This document shows, one piece after another, positions 1 through 10,466 of a DNA stretch of 64,000 bases. Position 1 is the stretch's first letter, and the number at the start of each line of letters is the position of its first letter. The notes under the pieces are model-generated. The model worked only from the letters and a program-made list of their open reading frames with translations, had not been told where the DNA came from and did no database searches. Source of the DNA: an uncultured Bacteroides sp. (GTDB lineage Bacteria; Bacteroidota; Bacteroidia; Bacteroidales; JACABE01); assembly GCA_964422385.1 (NCBI GenBank), contig CAYRBL010000001.1, positions 99,049-163,048 on the forward strand, given 5' to 3'. The position numbers and the translations under genes were made by a program.

Positions 1-824
1 TGGTACTTTTGGAATGAACCATCGTACCATACTTTACTGCCATCGGGAAGTTTAACTAAATTACCCATAAAATATCTAACTGGCTTACCAGTAGTTTTTA
101 GGTCATTTAAAGTCATTTCTTTAGTTTCATGATTTACGGTAAAGTTATCAAGCTTAGATTTCAACTTTAATCTTTTTATTTCGCCATTATCGAGTGTTAC
201 GATAACTTCTGCAAATAAAGCATACTCATTATAAACTTCTGCAGGACCTAATAAACCTTGCGGATATAAAGTCTCTTGCATCTGTGAATTAGCTTTAATA
301 CCTAATACACATTGACTATATTTTTCAAACATAGGAGCAGATAAGTAAACTTGTTTTGCTAAAAGTTCTACAGAAAGAGTCTTTTCATACTCTTGCCTTT
401 CTTTCCAATAAGGAATACAAGCTGCCAAAGCAGTTTCTATTCTTTTCTCGGTCATTTTCCCGGAATAATAATCGGCTTCCTTAGAAGCTTTCTCAACTAA
501 TTCACCATATTCAACATCATGCACCCACATATCGTATGCTTTTTCAGCAAACAATCCCAACTTTCCGGTTGGTTTTCTTACGGGAGAAATATTATATTCA
601 TCGGGTTGTAACACTATAGCATGGACAGCAGATCCTAATTCAAAGGATTCAGAATATTCTCCTGAATACCCTGCCAGATATTTTTCCAAGGATCCACCTT
701 CATCTGGATTTATTAACCCTAGCTTGGAGTTAGAGATATAATCTCTTTCTCCTTCGCCAAAGTATTCTTTGTCAGTCATCTTGACCAACCGTATTGATTC
801 AGGTATTATCTCAATTTGCGCCAT
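1..824 (-). CDS. hypothetical protein, 5' end in window (ATG at 822-824), continues past left edge; possible nuclease-like
   Basis: Uninterrupted minus-strand reading frame from ATG 824 to position 1 (MAQIEIIPESIRLVKMTDKEYFGEGERDYISNSKLGL...); not in ORF track because no stop in window. Confidence 0.5.
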   Translation of the reverse strand, partial: MAQIEIIPESIRLVKMTDKEYFGEGERDYISNSKLGLINPDEGGSLEKYLAGYSGEYSESFELGSAVHAIVLQPDEYNISPVRKPTGKLGLFAEKAYDMWVHDVEYGELVEKASKEADYYSGKMTEKRIETALAACIPYWKERQEYEKTLSVELLAKQVYLSAPMFEKYSQCVLGIKANSQMQETLYPQGLLGPAEVYNEYALFAEVIVTLDNGEIKRLKLKSKLDNFTVNHETKEMTLNDLKTTGKPVRYFMGNLVKLPDGSKVWYDGSFQKY

Positions 825-1300
825 AAATACAATATATTACCAATATCCAAAGTACGAATACGATATGGAGTTTGTATTCCTTGATTGTGTGGAGCATCCA
901 TTAATAAACAAAATATACCATTTTCATTACACTCTTTAAACGTTTCATATTTATCATCGACAAATATGTGACAGTTTAATTCTTTTAATAAAGCAACTTT
1001 ACTTTTACCCCAAGGTACTTGGTGTACGTTGCTTCTTCCAGGGATATCATGTTTAGCTAATGAAGCTACAGTCCATGATTTCGCTACACCTCTCGCACTC
1101 ACAAAGCCTGCAGGAATAAAATTAGGTCTGTTCTTCACAGCCAAATTCATCCAAAAGTCTTTTTCCTCAGATAAGATTTTTAATCTCTTACCCATTTCTT
1201 CTGACGTGTCCCATTCTTTTGGAATTGGTACATCAAAGCGTTCAGCATAACATCTATGCCAATCAAAAATTACGTCATCTATATCCAAAAATACGTTCAT
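806..1300 (-). CDS. 5'(3')-deoxyribonucleotidase, HAD superfamily (NT5C-like)
   Basis: N-terminal DIDDVIFDW (HAD DxDx[T/V] motif), size ~165 aa typical of phage and bacterial 5' nucleotidases. Confidence 0.65.
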   Translation of the reverse strand: MNVFLDIDDVIFDWHRCYAERFDVPIPKEWDTSEEMGKRLKILSEEKDFWMNLAVKNRPNFIPAGFVSARGVAKSWTVASLAKHDIPGRSNVHQVPWGKSKVALLKELNCHIFVDDKYETFKECNENGIFCLLMDAPHNQGIQTPYRIRTLDIGNILYLWRKLR

Positions 1301-1918
1301 ACTTTTTTCGTTTTTAATTAATTATCTATTTATGTGTTTTTTTGAGATTCAACTCCCTCTTTGTAACCTTCTTCATAACCATCATTAAATCCAGAACTAA
1401 ACATATAGTTTAATGATTTATTAATAGTTTGATTTAAATGCCTAACTAATTCATCATCAGTTAAATTTGATAAATCAATAATTTCTGTTGAAAGTTCTCT
1501 TATTTTATGCTCAATGTAAAGTCTCATTATTTTTGATTTTTTAATAGTTCGTAAAAAAACGATTTCGGAATAATAGCATACTCACCATGTGAAGTGATAT
1601 TTGTATTTCCTTCTTTCTTTTCTTGAATATTCCATAAGATACACAAAGGTTTATCTTTTAAACCAACTTCAGCATTAATTTTTTTAACGCTTGGGGTTGT
1701 CTGAGTTTTCTTTGTTTGTATATAACATGGAAGTACATTATCAGGATCTGAGATATCTATTTTCATATCATCTAATTTCTTAGATTCACTTCTTGCTGTG
1801 CATATGTTTTCATTACCAGTTAAATCTTTTAATTCATTTACAATCTGTCTTTCATAAGCTGATCCTTTTGTTTTAGAATAAGCAGCACTTCTTTGCTTTT
1901 TAGGTTTAGGAACCTCTT

Positions 1919-2932
1919 CTACTCATTCGGTAGATTCTTCTTTCTTTTTTCTTGCCATTCTTCGATTAAATTAAATGTTTTATATACGCCATACTTTTTA
2001 ACATAGTCCGTAAAATCTTTTACTTTCGGGACTAACAATACTTTTAAGCCTTTAAATTTCTTACGAATTCTATTGGCTGAACGAACTCCCGGTAAATCTC
2101 TATCATATAATATATATATTTCCTTAAATTTAGATTGTAATTTTTCGTATTGTGCTTCTGTTAAAAATAAATTCTCACTATTTGGGGCGATTGCTGGAAT
2201 GCCAAATTCATATAAAGACATAACATCTTTAAGTGATTTAGTCACTACAACAAACTCCCCTGATTTAGGAAGCTGTTTAGCTCCCTGTATCATAGTAGAA
2301 CTCCAATTACTAAGAAACCGATAATTTCTTTTCGTTGGAAAGTATAGTCGCCATAACTCATCCCCATCAGAATTTTCTCCACCATAATAACCATATATAG
2401 GAGAACTATCTGAGGAAGAAGTGAAATATGTCCCATTTAAAAATACAGATTTAATTGAAAATACTTTAAACTTTTTAAGTGTTGCTGGGCCAATGCCAAA
2501 GCTCTCCCACCATTTCAATTCCTTTTCAGAAAATTCTTTTATTTCAACTTCAATTTTGGCTTTCTCTGTTTGTTTCAACTCATAACCAGTATATTCCATT
2601 TTTGGCGGATTCTTTTCAACTTTATCAATTGAAATAAATCCAAAATCATTAGCTATTATTCGCAATGCTTTGTAATAACTAACATTAAAAATATACTCTA
2701 CGCATCCCACAAAGTCAAACGAGGGCCCAGCAAAGTCTTTGTATTTTAAATTACCTCTCTTGTCTTTATAAAAAGAGCAAGTAGGTTTATTATCTGTTCT
2801 AATAATGGAAGGACTACAAAATAATCCTTTTTTAACAGGAACTCCCAAGTAATGTTCAAAAAACGTTTCTTGGGAGTATTTAGAAAGTAAAAGTTCTTTT
2901 GTTATCTTTGGAGCTATGTCTAATTCGTACAT
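1919..2932 (-). CDS. DNA primase (zinc-binding CHC2-like N-terminus plus TOPRIM-like C-terminus)
   Basis: LFCSPSIIRTDNKPTCSFYKD zinc-ribbon-like primase motif; C-terminal ILYDRDLPG...VLLVP resembles TOPRIM acidic motif. Confidence 0.6.
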   Translation of the reverse strand: MYELDIAPKITKELLLSKYSQETFFEHYLGVPVKKGLFCSPSIIRTDNKPTCSFYKDKRGNLKYKDFAGPSFDFVGCVEYIFNVSYYKALRIIANDFGFISIDKVEKNPPKMEYTGYELKQTEKAKIEVEIKEFSEKELKWWESFGIGPATLKKFKVFSIKSVFLNGTYFTSSSDSSPIYGYYGGENSDGDELWRLYFPTKRNYRFLSNWSSTMIQGAKQLPKSGEFVVVTKSLKDVMSLYEFGIPAIAPNSENLFLTEAQYEKLQSKFKEIYILYDRDLPGVRSANRIRKKFKGLKVLLVPKVKDFTDYVKKYGVYKTFNLIEEWQEKRKKNLPNE

Positions 2933-2972
2933 ATATTAATCATTTTAAGCTTGCAAAGATAAGAAATTTTTC

Positions 2973-3689
2973 TTATAAAATTGGCATATCAAATTGAATA
3001 TCCACACCAGCACTTTCAGAACCTTGTGTAGTTCCTGCGATAGATGGCGCTGAATATGTTTTTGCTGCTGTTGGTTTAGCAGATGCTTCAGTTTCAATTC
3101 TTTGTTTTTCATATGTGCTGAAAGACAATTTATCACCGATAAAATTGTTTCTTACATATGCTTTACCTTCTTTTGTGATTCCTGCGAAGAAACCAGGGAA
3201 AGTTGCTTCTCCTTTGGTATTTCTTAACAGTTTGATTTGCATGCTAGTTCCTTTACCTGCATCAAGGATTTGAACAACTAATTTTCTTAAGCCATCCCAA
3301 TCGGTTGCGCCTAAGTTTTTAGTACCCTCATCAATTTGTTTTGCAACTGTTGGATTGATTGAGTCAATTGCGTGCTTGAATAGCAACATCATATTTTCAA
3401 CACCAGAAGTTTGTGGAATTTTTTCTTTCTTCCCTTCTTTACTAGTGTATTCATTTTCTCCTCTTTTAAAATCTTCTGGACGAGGTTCAAAAACAGTATG
3501 TTCATACGTTCCTTGCTCGTTAGCAAATTTTAATTTCAGTACTTTATATACTGCACTGGTGTCTTTAACACCTTTTATATCTTGGATTTCACATCCTTCA
3601 AATTTAACATCGTAAATATCGTTACCTGCTAATCTTGGTTTGGTACTGCTTTGTGATGCACCTGCTGTTGTATTAAATGAAAAACTCAT
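2973..3689 (-). CDS. putative ssDNA-binding protein
   Basis: Position between primase, helicase and recombination ATPase; acidic/hydrophobic C-terminal tail (DIQFDMPIL); weak. Confidence 0.3.
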   Translation of the reverse strand: MSFSFNTTAGASQSSTKPRLAGNDIYDVKFEGCEIQDIKGVKDTSAVYKVLKLKFANEQGTYEHTVFEPRPEDFKRGENEYTSKEGKKEKIPQTSGVENMMLLFKHAIDSINPTVAKQIDEGTKNLGATDWDGLRKLVVQILDAGKGTSMQIKLLRNTKGEATFPGFFAGITKEGKAYVRNNFIGDKLSFSTYEKQRIETEASAKPTAAKTYSAPSIAGTTQGSESAGVDIQFDMPIL

Positions 3690-3705
3690 AATTTCTGTAA
3701 ATTAC

Positions 3706-4263
3706 TTAAAGTTTGTATAGCAATTCATCTATTTCGTCTGTTTCATCTGTATCAACTATTAAATCTGCTTCAGTTTCTTCTGCAGCTTCGATAGCATCTT
3801 CTAAGGTTTCGGTATCAATAACTTCCCCACCTGACATAGGCACAAGTCTCCAAACACCTTCAATATCTCCGAATGGAACAATAGTAAATTCCGTACCCTT
3901 TTCTGCAAGAACAGTATTGGCTTTTCCTTTACATACTACTGTGTTAGACTTAGTTACTTTGTTACCAGCTTCATCATCTTTACGAATAGTAGGAACTAAT
4001 ATCTTACTTGCCCCAACTTTCTTCCATTCAATAACAACTCTGTCTTCATATTCTAACTCTAAGTCAGCAACAGCTTTATTATTAAATATAAGTTTATTTG
4101 GATCTAAAGTAATAATTGGTTCACTTGCCATTTCTTCAACTGCATCTTTTAATTTTTTAGTAACTGTGCGCACTTTCTTTTCTACGCTTGCTACTGTTTT
4201 AACATTAGAAACTTCTTCAGTTTCTGTGTTAAAATCAAATGTAATAGATATTTGTTTAACCAT
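3706..4263 (-). CDS. hypothetical protein with acidic C-terminus
   Basis: 185-aa ORF; overlapping plus-strand ORF 3713-4294 is Ser-rich low complexity and judged spurious. Confidence 0.5.
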   Translation of the reverse strand: MVKQISITFDFNTETEEVSNVKTVASVEKKVRTVTKKLKDAVEEMASEPIITLDPNKLIFNNKAVADLELEYEDRVVIEWKKVGASKILVPTIRKDDEAGNKVTKSNTVVCKGKANTVLAEKGTEFTIVPFGDIEGVWRLVPMSGGEVIDTETLEDAIEAAEETEADLIVDTDETDEIDELLYKL

Positions 4264-4958
4264 TAGTCTTCGTTATATTCATCAATTTTCTTAATCACAT
4301 ATGCTAAATCATTGTCAATAAGCATTTCATTGAAACAACCCATTGGAGTTTTAGCAGTTGTAGTACCATCTGATTGAGTAATAAATTTATGATCTACAGC
4401 ACCATCAACGTCACGTATTAGTGTTGTAAATAATACATAAGTGAATAAACCTTCTACAGTAATCATATTATCAATCATTTTACCGATTGTTTTGATTTTG
4501 TAAATTGGATTTAAACCATCACCGATGTTTTCTGAATGTGTCAAGACACATACTTTTAAATCATCTCTCATTGCCATAGCTTCTTTCAATACTGAATAGA
4601 AGTTACCTGCCATTTGAGTAAATTTTTCATATCCTTTTTCCGACGCTCTATCCATCGCCTCAAATGCCATAATATATTGAGCATCCTCAATAATAACGGT
4701 CTTAATTTCAGGACGACTTTTATTGATAAGTCTAAGGATTTGGCCTATCTTACTAACATCTGATGTGTTATAAAGATTGCCATCATATTGTTTTGTTTCA
4801 GGATTTAATACAAGAGGTTTGTAATTTTTCTTGAAACCTTTTATTGGTAGGGGCTTCCCAGCTACATTTACAATAAAAGTTGTTGTTGGATCTAAATTTC
4901 TTAAAGAAGTAGATTTACCACTTCCAGAATTGCCAACTATACCAATTAATTCTGCCAT
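4263..4958 (-). CDS. P-loop ATPase, AAA_24/Sak4-like (RecA-fold recombination or replication ATPase)
   Basis: N-terminal Walker A GIVGNSGSGKST, Walker B-like VIIEDAQ; ~230 aa; located between DnaB-like helicase and SSB candidate. Confidence 0.5.
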   Translation of the reverse strand: MAELIGIVGNSGSGKSTSLRNLDPTTTFIVNVAGKPLPIKGFKKNYKPLVLNPETKQYDGNLYNTSDVSKIGQILRLINKSRPEIKTVIIEDAQYIMAFEAMDRASEKGYEKFTQMAGNFYSVLKEAMAMRDDLKVCVLTHSENIGDGLNPIYKIKTIGKMIDNMITVEGLFTYVLFTTLIRDVDGAVDHKFITQSDGTTTAKTPMGCFNEMLIDNDLAYVIKKIDEYNED

Positions 4959-4960
4959 AA

Positions 4961-6025
4961 TTAAAAATTAAATACATTTTTGTTTTGTTTATCTGCATTT
5001 ATTTTATCTGGTTTTATTTTATCTAATGATAAATATGGTTCATAATCTCCAATATCCTCGGGTTTAGGCAGTTCTTTATACATACCAATCTCTCCGAAGA
5101 AAGTAGTACCTTTTGAAGCATCTGCAATACCATATCTATTTTTTAAGATTTGAACTAATCGAAATCTTTTTTTGAGGACATTTTGGATAGGATATCCCTC
5201 ACACCTAGCAATTTTTTCCCTATAAGGGTAAAATAGCCCAATAACAACTTCAGATGCATCAAGTGTTCCTGATGTATCTTTAAAGTCATCTAATTGAATT
5301 AACTCATAGCCATTCGTCTTTCTATCCATACTCTTTGCATTTCTATTCAATTGCTGAATAAAAACTCCAGTCATGGAACATTTATTTCTAAAATAGATGA
5401 AATAGTCTGTGGTTAAATCAATCTTTTCTTTCTTTGATCCTGGGCCAGTAATCAAACCAACGTGGTCAATTACTGCGACTTTATATCTGTTCGGATCATT
5501 ATCTATATAATCTTCTCTATGTTCATCGACTTGGACAAAACTCCCAAATTGTTTTAACCACTCTTTACAAGTAGCATAAATACCATTAGGGGATAACGCT
5601 TTATCATAAATCGTTAAATGTTGTTGAAGCTCGTATAGCCAACTCTCAGATTTCTTCACCAATTCTAAGTGGTGATCCGATATTGGTTTTGTTAAAGAAA
5701 GGATGTCCTCGTAAGTCACAACCTCACCAAACGTATCAAATATGTATAGTGATAATAACTTAGCAAATAAAATATCTGCCGACATCTCAAAGGAATAGTA
5801 TAATATGGAAACATCTTTATCTTCTCTGTTTTTCAATAGATTGTACACAAACACGTCTATTGCGAAGGATGTTTTTCCTCCAGAAGTATCAGCTCCGATA
5901 GTATATAAATACTTTCTTTGCACTCCATATATAATTGAATCAATAACTGGTAATCCTGTGCTAATACCAATATTTCTTCCTTTTCTACCTTCTTCTATAT
6001 TATGTAATAATTGATTTACTCCCAT
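4961..6025 (-). CDS. DnaB-like replicative helicase (RecA-fold C-terminal domain)
   Basis: GLPVIDSIIYGVQRKYLYTIGADTSGGKTSFA matches DnaB Walker A region pattern. Confidence 0.65.
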   Translation of the reverse strand: MGVNQLLHNIEEGRKGRNIGISTGLPVIDSIIYGVQRKYLYTIGADTSGGKTSFAIDVFVYNLLKNREDKDVSILYYSFEMSADILFAKLLSLYIFDTFGEVVTYEDILSLTKPISDHHLELVKKSESWLYELQQHLTIYDKALSPNGIYATCKEWLKQFGSFVQVDEHREDYIDNDPNRYKVAVIDHVGLITGPGSKKEKIDLTTDYFIYFRNKCSMTGVFIQQLNRNAKSMDRKTNGYELIQLDDFKDTSGTLDASEVVIGLFYPYREKIARCEGYPIQNVLKKRFRLVQILKNRYGIADASKGTTFFGEIGMYKELPKPEDIGDYEPYLSLDKIKPDKINADKQNKNVFNF

Positions 6026-6639
6026 TATAACAATTCAGAATTATTATAACCGTTAACGTCTCCACTACTTCTTATATACTCTATTTCTTCCCATTTATGA
6101 GATGCAATAAATTCTAAAATAGAATAATTTAGTAAATTATGTTCTTTACCAAACTCTAGTGCTTCCATAACTCTATCATGAGTTACTCCTGCAACCTTTA
6201 TTGCTTTAGCGTAATATAAGCAAAATTCTTCGAAAGTATATAGACCAGCTTTGGTAAAATTCTTTATTGAGCATAACTTTCCACCTATGTTAATAAATGG
6301 AGGATATGCATCAAATAATTCTTTTCCCATCTCATTTGATTCACGAACATACATCTTTAAGAAATTCTTATTGAATGGTATGTTCTTATAGTTTAGGGTT
6401 TCTCCCTCACGGGGTACTTTAAACGATGCTAATATAACTTTCTTTTCTTGTAGGGATTCCAGAACTTTGCGAAAAAGTTCCTTTCCGTTAGATACGTTAG
6501 ATAAATAATTTATCAGCATATCTGGTTCTCCATTAACTGCCAAGAAAAGCAGCCGGAGTATAAATAATTCTGTTGGAGTAAGTCCACTATTAATATAAAT
6601 ATTAATCTCTTCTTTAAGAGATAATTCAAATTGTTGCAT
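6025..6639 (-). CDS. hypothetical protein
   Basis: 204-aa ORF, start overlaps upstream stop (translational coupling). Confidence 0.5.
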   Translation of the reverse strand: MQQFELSLKEEINIYINSGLTPTELFILRLLFLAVNGEPDMLINYLSNVSNGKELFRKVLESLQEKKVILASFKVPREGETLNYKNIPFNKNFLKMYVRESNEMGKELFDAYPPFINIGGKLCSIKNFTKAGLYTFEEFCLYYAKAIKVAGVTHDRVMEALEFGKEHNLLNYSILEFIASHKWEEIEYIRSSGDVNGYNNSELL

Positions 6640-6864
6640 TTAAAATGTAGTTTTTAACTACGTTTCCAGTTCTTTATCGTCCTTCACAGGATTTTTACTA
6701 ATGGTTGTGGTAGGTTTATATTGTTTAATAAACTTATCTTCTAAGAACTTCTTCCTATCACTTACAGCTAAGAGGGTATCTGATTCGATATCCATCAAAG
6801 CACGGTTTTGTTCTAAAGCTCTTTCCAACATTAGGTATTCGAGTATTTCTTCACTAATCATTTT

Positions 6865-8097
6865 TTAAAACCTAAACATTAATCCTACTTCTTTTCCTTC
6901 TTGCACTATATTTTCAGACTCGTTTCCTAATAAAATCTCATCTAATTCTGCTTCGGTAATCTCTATATAATTCTTTCCCGCTGTTGATGTGTTATACCAG
7001 CCTTCCTCCATTGTTCCTTTTATTACAAGAGTAAAAACTAAAGCTTCTTTATCCTCTTCATACCTTATAACCCGTCCTAACCGTTGGGTTTTTTGGGTTT
7101 GTGAAGAAGTATTACTTAAAATAATAGCTAAGTTTAGTCCTGGAACATCAGAACCTTCATCCAAACTTTTGGCTGTATGTATAGCACCTTTTGGCATCTT
7201 TGCAAATTCCTCCATAGTAATCCTATTTTTCTTTTTAGTCTTACCTGAATGAACTACATAGCCATTGCCAATTAATTCAGCCTGTTTAATTGTTGCAGAA
7301 AATGTGATTGCTTTCTTATCTGGATAAGCAGCAAGTATTTTACGAGTTATTTCTAACTTCTTTACATGGTCCATTACATACGACTTTCGTGCACGTAAGG
7401 CTCTTCCCCAAGTAAATACTACTGCATCCAAATCAGATGCTGACATTCCCATTTTCTTTCCATAAGTTCTACGATAAATTATATTCGTCATACAACTCAT
7501 AGCAGTGTTAAAATCAAAATTGAAAATAGCAAAAGCTTCATTAAATTGTCTATTAGCTTCACGATATATTTCTATATCATTAGGCTCAATTATAACTTTA
7601 TACTCCTGATAAGGAGCAAGCCACTTATTTTCAATTGCTTCTCTTACACTGATAACATCACACACAGGACAAAATTGATCTAATAAAATATGACGACCAT
7701 CTAAACGACTAAATGTAGCAGATAAACCAAGTACAATTTTAGGTTGTCTTTTGTAAAATACTGCATAAAATGTGTCGGAAGGAATACGATGGCATTCGTC
7801 TAATATTAAGAAATCAATTGGGTTATCTGATTTAATTGCTGAGTTGATGATCTCAACAGTGACATAATTAAGTAAATCATACCGAGAAAGTTCTTGTATC
7901 CATTGAATTTTTAAATGCTCAGTGGGTACAATAACTACTATCTTTTTATTAGAATTCTTTGTTAAGAATCCTTTAATTGCAGTTAATGCAGCGCGCGTTT
8001 TCCCAACGCCTGTACACCATTGTAGAGTGCCTCTACAACCTGCTTCAATCCATTTTTTGACACCAGCTCTCTGCCTTTCGGTTCTATCCAATGTCAT
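6865..8097 (-). CDS. superfamily II DEAD/DEAH-box helicase
   Basis: Motif I GVGKT, motif II DECH, SAT-like motif III (SATF); 410 aa. Confidence 0.8.
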   Translation of the reverse strand: MTLDRTERQRAGVKKWIEAGCRGTLQWCTGVGKTRAALTAIKGFLTKNSNKKIVVIVPTEHLKIQWIQELSRYDLLNYVTVEIINSAIKSDNPIDFLILDECHRIPSDTFYAVFYKRQPKIVLGLSATFSRLDGRHILLDQFCPVCDVISVREAIENKWLAPYQEYKVIIEPNDIEIYREANRQFNEAFAIFNFDFNTAMSCMTNIIYRRTYGKKMGMSASDLDAVVFTWGRALRARKSYVMDHVKKLEITRKILAAYPDKKAITFSATIKQAELIGNGYVVHSGKTKKKNRITMEEFAKMPKGAIHTAKSLDEGSDVPGLNLAIILSNTSSQTQKTQRLGRVIRYEEDKEALVFTLVIKGTMEEGWYNTSTAGKNYIEITEAELDEILLGNESENIVQEGKEVGLMFRF

Positions 8098-8116
8098 TTA
8101 TATAAATTTAATCATA

Positions 8117-8407
8117 CTAAAGTATTGCAACCACTTTGCCATAAACTTGCTTTGTCCAGCCGTTTAAACCTCCATGATTGTTTCCTATAAGGCAACCCTT
8201 ATCATCATTTTTTGCTTTAACTAAATGCGTGTAAAATCTTCCTTTGACCTTACAATAAACAATGTCGCCCACATCAACAGTATTCCATTGAGCGGGCGAC
8301 AGTATATGTTCTTGACCTGATTTAATCTTAGGAGTCATAGAATTTCCTTTTTCCGAAGTAGTAAAGCTTTCTCCTCTCTGGAGTCTTTCTAGCTTAAAAT
8401 TTTTCAT
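8117..8407 (-). CDS. S24 LexA/UmuD-like peptidase domain protein (stand-alone)
   Basis: GNSMTP (Ser nucleophile context GxSM) and downstream Lys; short 96 aa. Confidence 0.45.
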   Translation of the reverse strand: MKNFKLERLQRGESFTTSEKGNSMTPKIKSGQEHILSPAQWNTVDVGDIVYCKVKGRFYTHLVKAKNDDKGCLIGNNHGGLNGWTKQVYGKVVAIL

Positions 8408-8492
8408 TTTCTCATTTTCATTTTTCTAATACAAAGATAAGAAAAAAATTTGACAAAAACAAATTTTTTAACATTTATTTTCATAAAAGTTT

Positions 8493-10466
8493 TTAATGTA
8501 GCCAGTGGTCACCAATTTGAGCTTCCGCACCTAAAGGTACGATTTTACAAAATTGAGAACCGGCGGCTACCATGCATTTCACGACTAATTCAGAGACTTC
8601 TTCTGCAATTTCTTCAGGAGCTTCTACATTAAATTCATCATGAACCATATTCACAATTTTTACTTTAAATAATAAATCTCTTCTTATAAGTTCATTAAAT
8701 AAAATAACTCCTGCTAATTTACTACAATCAGCAGAAGATCCTTGAATAGGATAATTTTGTGCTTTTCTTTGAATTTCGGATTTACTTTTATTATATTCTC
8801 CTTGAATACTACGAGCATCTGGTCTTCGCCAAAAATATGGGTCAGCCATATCCTCTTCATATTTGAATATAGGTTCATCAGGAGATATAAATAATTTTCT
8901 ACCAGTAATAGGATTAAATAGAATATAATGATTAGTCATAGCTAAATCCATAACATATTCAAAATAACTTTTTAATCCTGGGAATGCATTGAAATAATTT
9001 TCATATACAAAATCTCCATCTTTTTTAGAAATTCCTGTATTTTTTGCTATTGTTGCACCATTACCACCATAATTGATGGCAAATCCTGCAGTTTTAGCTA
9101 GATATCTTAAATCAGGGTATTCCGTTTTAATATACTTCAATTTAGAAGGTTCGAGTTCTTCAACTGTACATCGTCTAATATTTGGATACATTAAAAAGGC
9201 TACATAACTATGCATGTCAGTAAATCCCTTTCTATAGAAATTTATTAAATTTTCTTCACCACTAAAATTTGCTAATACAATTTGCTCCTGACTTGAATAG
9301 TCAACAGCAATATATTTACAATGTGGTTCAGCAATAAAACAACTTCTTGTCAATTCATCCGAAGGTAAATTTTGAAGATTTGGTTTATTGACTTTCATAT
9401 CACCGCTAGATAATCTACCAGTGTTCATAATTTGTTTAAAATTCGTATGAATCCTATGTGTTATTGGGTTAATCATTCGTTCCCAACTTAACCCATAAGT
9501 AGACGTTAACTTTACAGCTGCTTTATAATCAAAATATAAATCAAGGATTGGGAAGTCCTTTCGATACTTCCCAATCGCTTTCTCTTCAACAGTTTTCTTT
9601 TCAACACCTTTGTCTTTAATGGTACAATTAATACCCAAAGACTCAAACAACGTGATAACTTGCTGAGATGAATTCCAGTTTAAAATACAATCTTGTTCTC
9701 CTGTAAACATATCCAACATTCCATTGAAATATTGAGTATATCCATGCTCCATGAGCCAATTGTCCAATTTTGCTTTCTTCTGAACTACATCCTCTAAATC
9801 CTTAAGGGATTTAGTTTTCCATTTTTGCCAGTCTAACTTGATACCACAATATTCGATATAAGCGAGAACTTTTACGAACTCATTATCAAGTTTAACAGCG
9901 TTGTCGACTTTCATTCGACGAACTTGTTTCATTTGATCTATCATAATATCCTCTAAATATACAACATCATATGCTGCATATCTTATAACTGCGGCATTGA
10001 GCCCTTTTGTAATAATTTCTCCGCGAATTGACTTATCAAGGTCAACATCACAATACTTTTGTACAATAGTTTTCAAATCTCTACCGCCCTCTTGTAACCC
10101 AATAGTTAGTATTGTTTCAACTAACATAGTGTCATACACTTTTTTCAGGATTACTCCTTGACGATATAAAAATTGCAAGTCAAACTTGGCATTCTGGAGT
10201 AAGAAAGTCTGTTCTGATTTATTCAGAAAGTCTTTCAGTTCGGTGGGAATTTTACCACCATATGAAGCAATATCAAAAACTATTTGAAATTCTTTATTTC
10301 CTAATTGAAGTGTTAGCAAACTTTTCGTAAAACAATCTAAACCCTCGGTTTCAGTATCAGTACCTACAAATTCGAGAGTGCTTATCATTGCTATTGCGTC
10401 CATAAGAGTCACTTGCGTGAACTCTCCACCAAAAGCATTTGTCTGATTGCTTACTAAATATATCAT
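8493..10466 (-). CDS. family A DNA polymerase with N-terminal 3'-5' exonuclease
   Basis: Exo motif VGTDTETEGLD; motif B RYLAKTAGFAINYGG; motif C VHDEF. Confidence 0.9.
   Translation of the reverse strand: MIYLVSNQTNAFGGEFTQVTLMDAIAMISTLEFVGTDTETEGLDCFTKSLLTLQLGNKEFQIVFDIASYGGKIPTELKDFLNKSEQTFLLQNAKFDLQFLYRQGVILKKVYDTMLVETILTIGLQEGGRDLKTIVQKYCDVDLDKSIRGEIITKGLNAAVIRYAAYDVVYLEDIMIDQMKQVRRMKVDNAVKLDNEFVKVLAYIEYCGIKLDWQKWKTKSLKDLEDVVQKKAKLDNWLMEHGYTQYFNGMLDMFTGEQDCILNWNSSQQVITLFESLGINCTIKDKGVEKKTVEEKAIGKYRKDFPILDLYFDYKAAVKLTSTYGLSWERMINPITHRIHTNFKQIMNTGRLSSGDMKVNKPNLQNLPSDELTRSCFIAEPHCKYIAVDYSSQEQIVLANFSGEENLINFYRKGFTDMHSYVAFLMYPNIRRCTVEELEPSKLKYIKTEYPDLRYLAKTAGFAINYGGNGATIAKNTGISKKDGDFVYENYFNAFPGLKSYFEYVMDLAMTNHYILFNPITGRKLFISPDEPIFKYEEDMADPYFWRRPDARSIQGEYNKSKSEIQRKAQNYPIQGSSADCSKLAGVILFNELIRRDLLFKVKIVNMVHDEFNVEAPEEIAEEVSELVVKCMVAAGSQFCKIVPLGAEAQIGDHWLH

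Noticed and set aside
3713-4294. Plus-strand 193-aa ORF
   Set aside because: Ser-rich low-complexity translation, antisense to a better minus-strand ORF.
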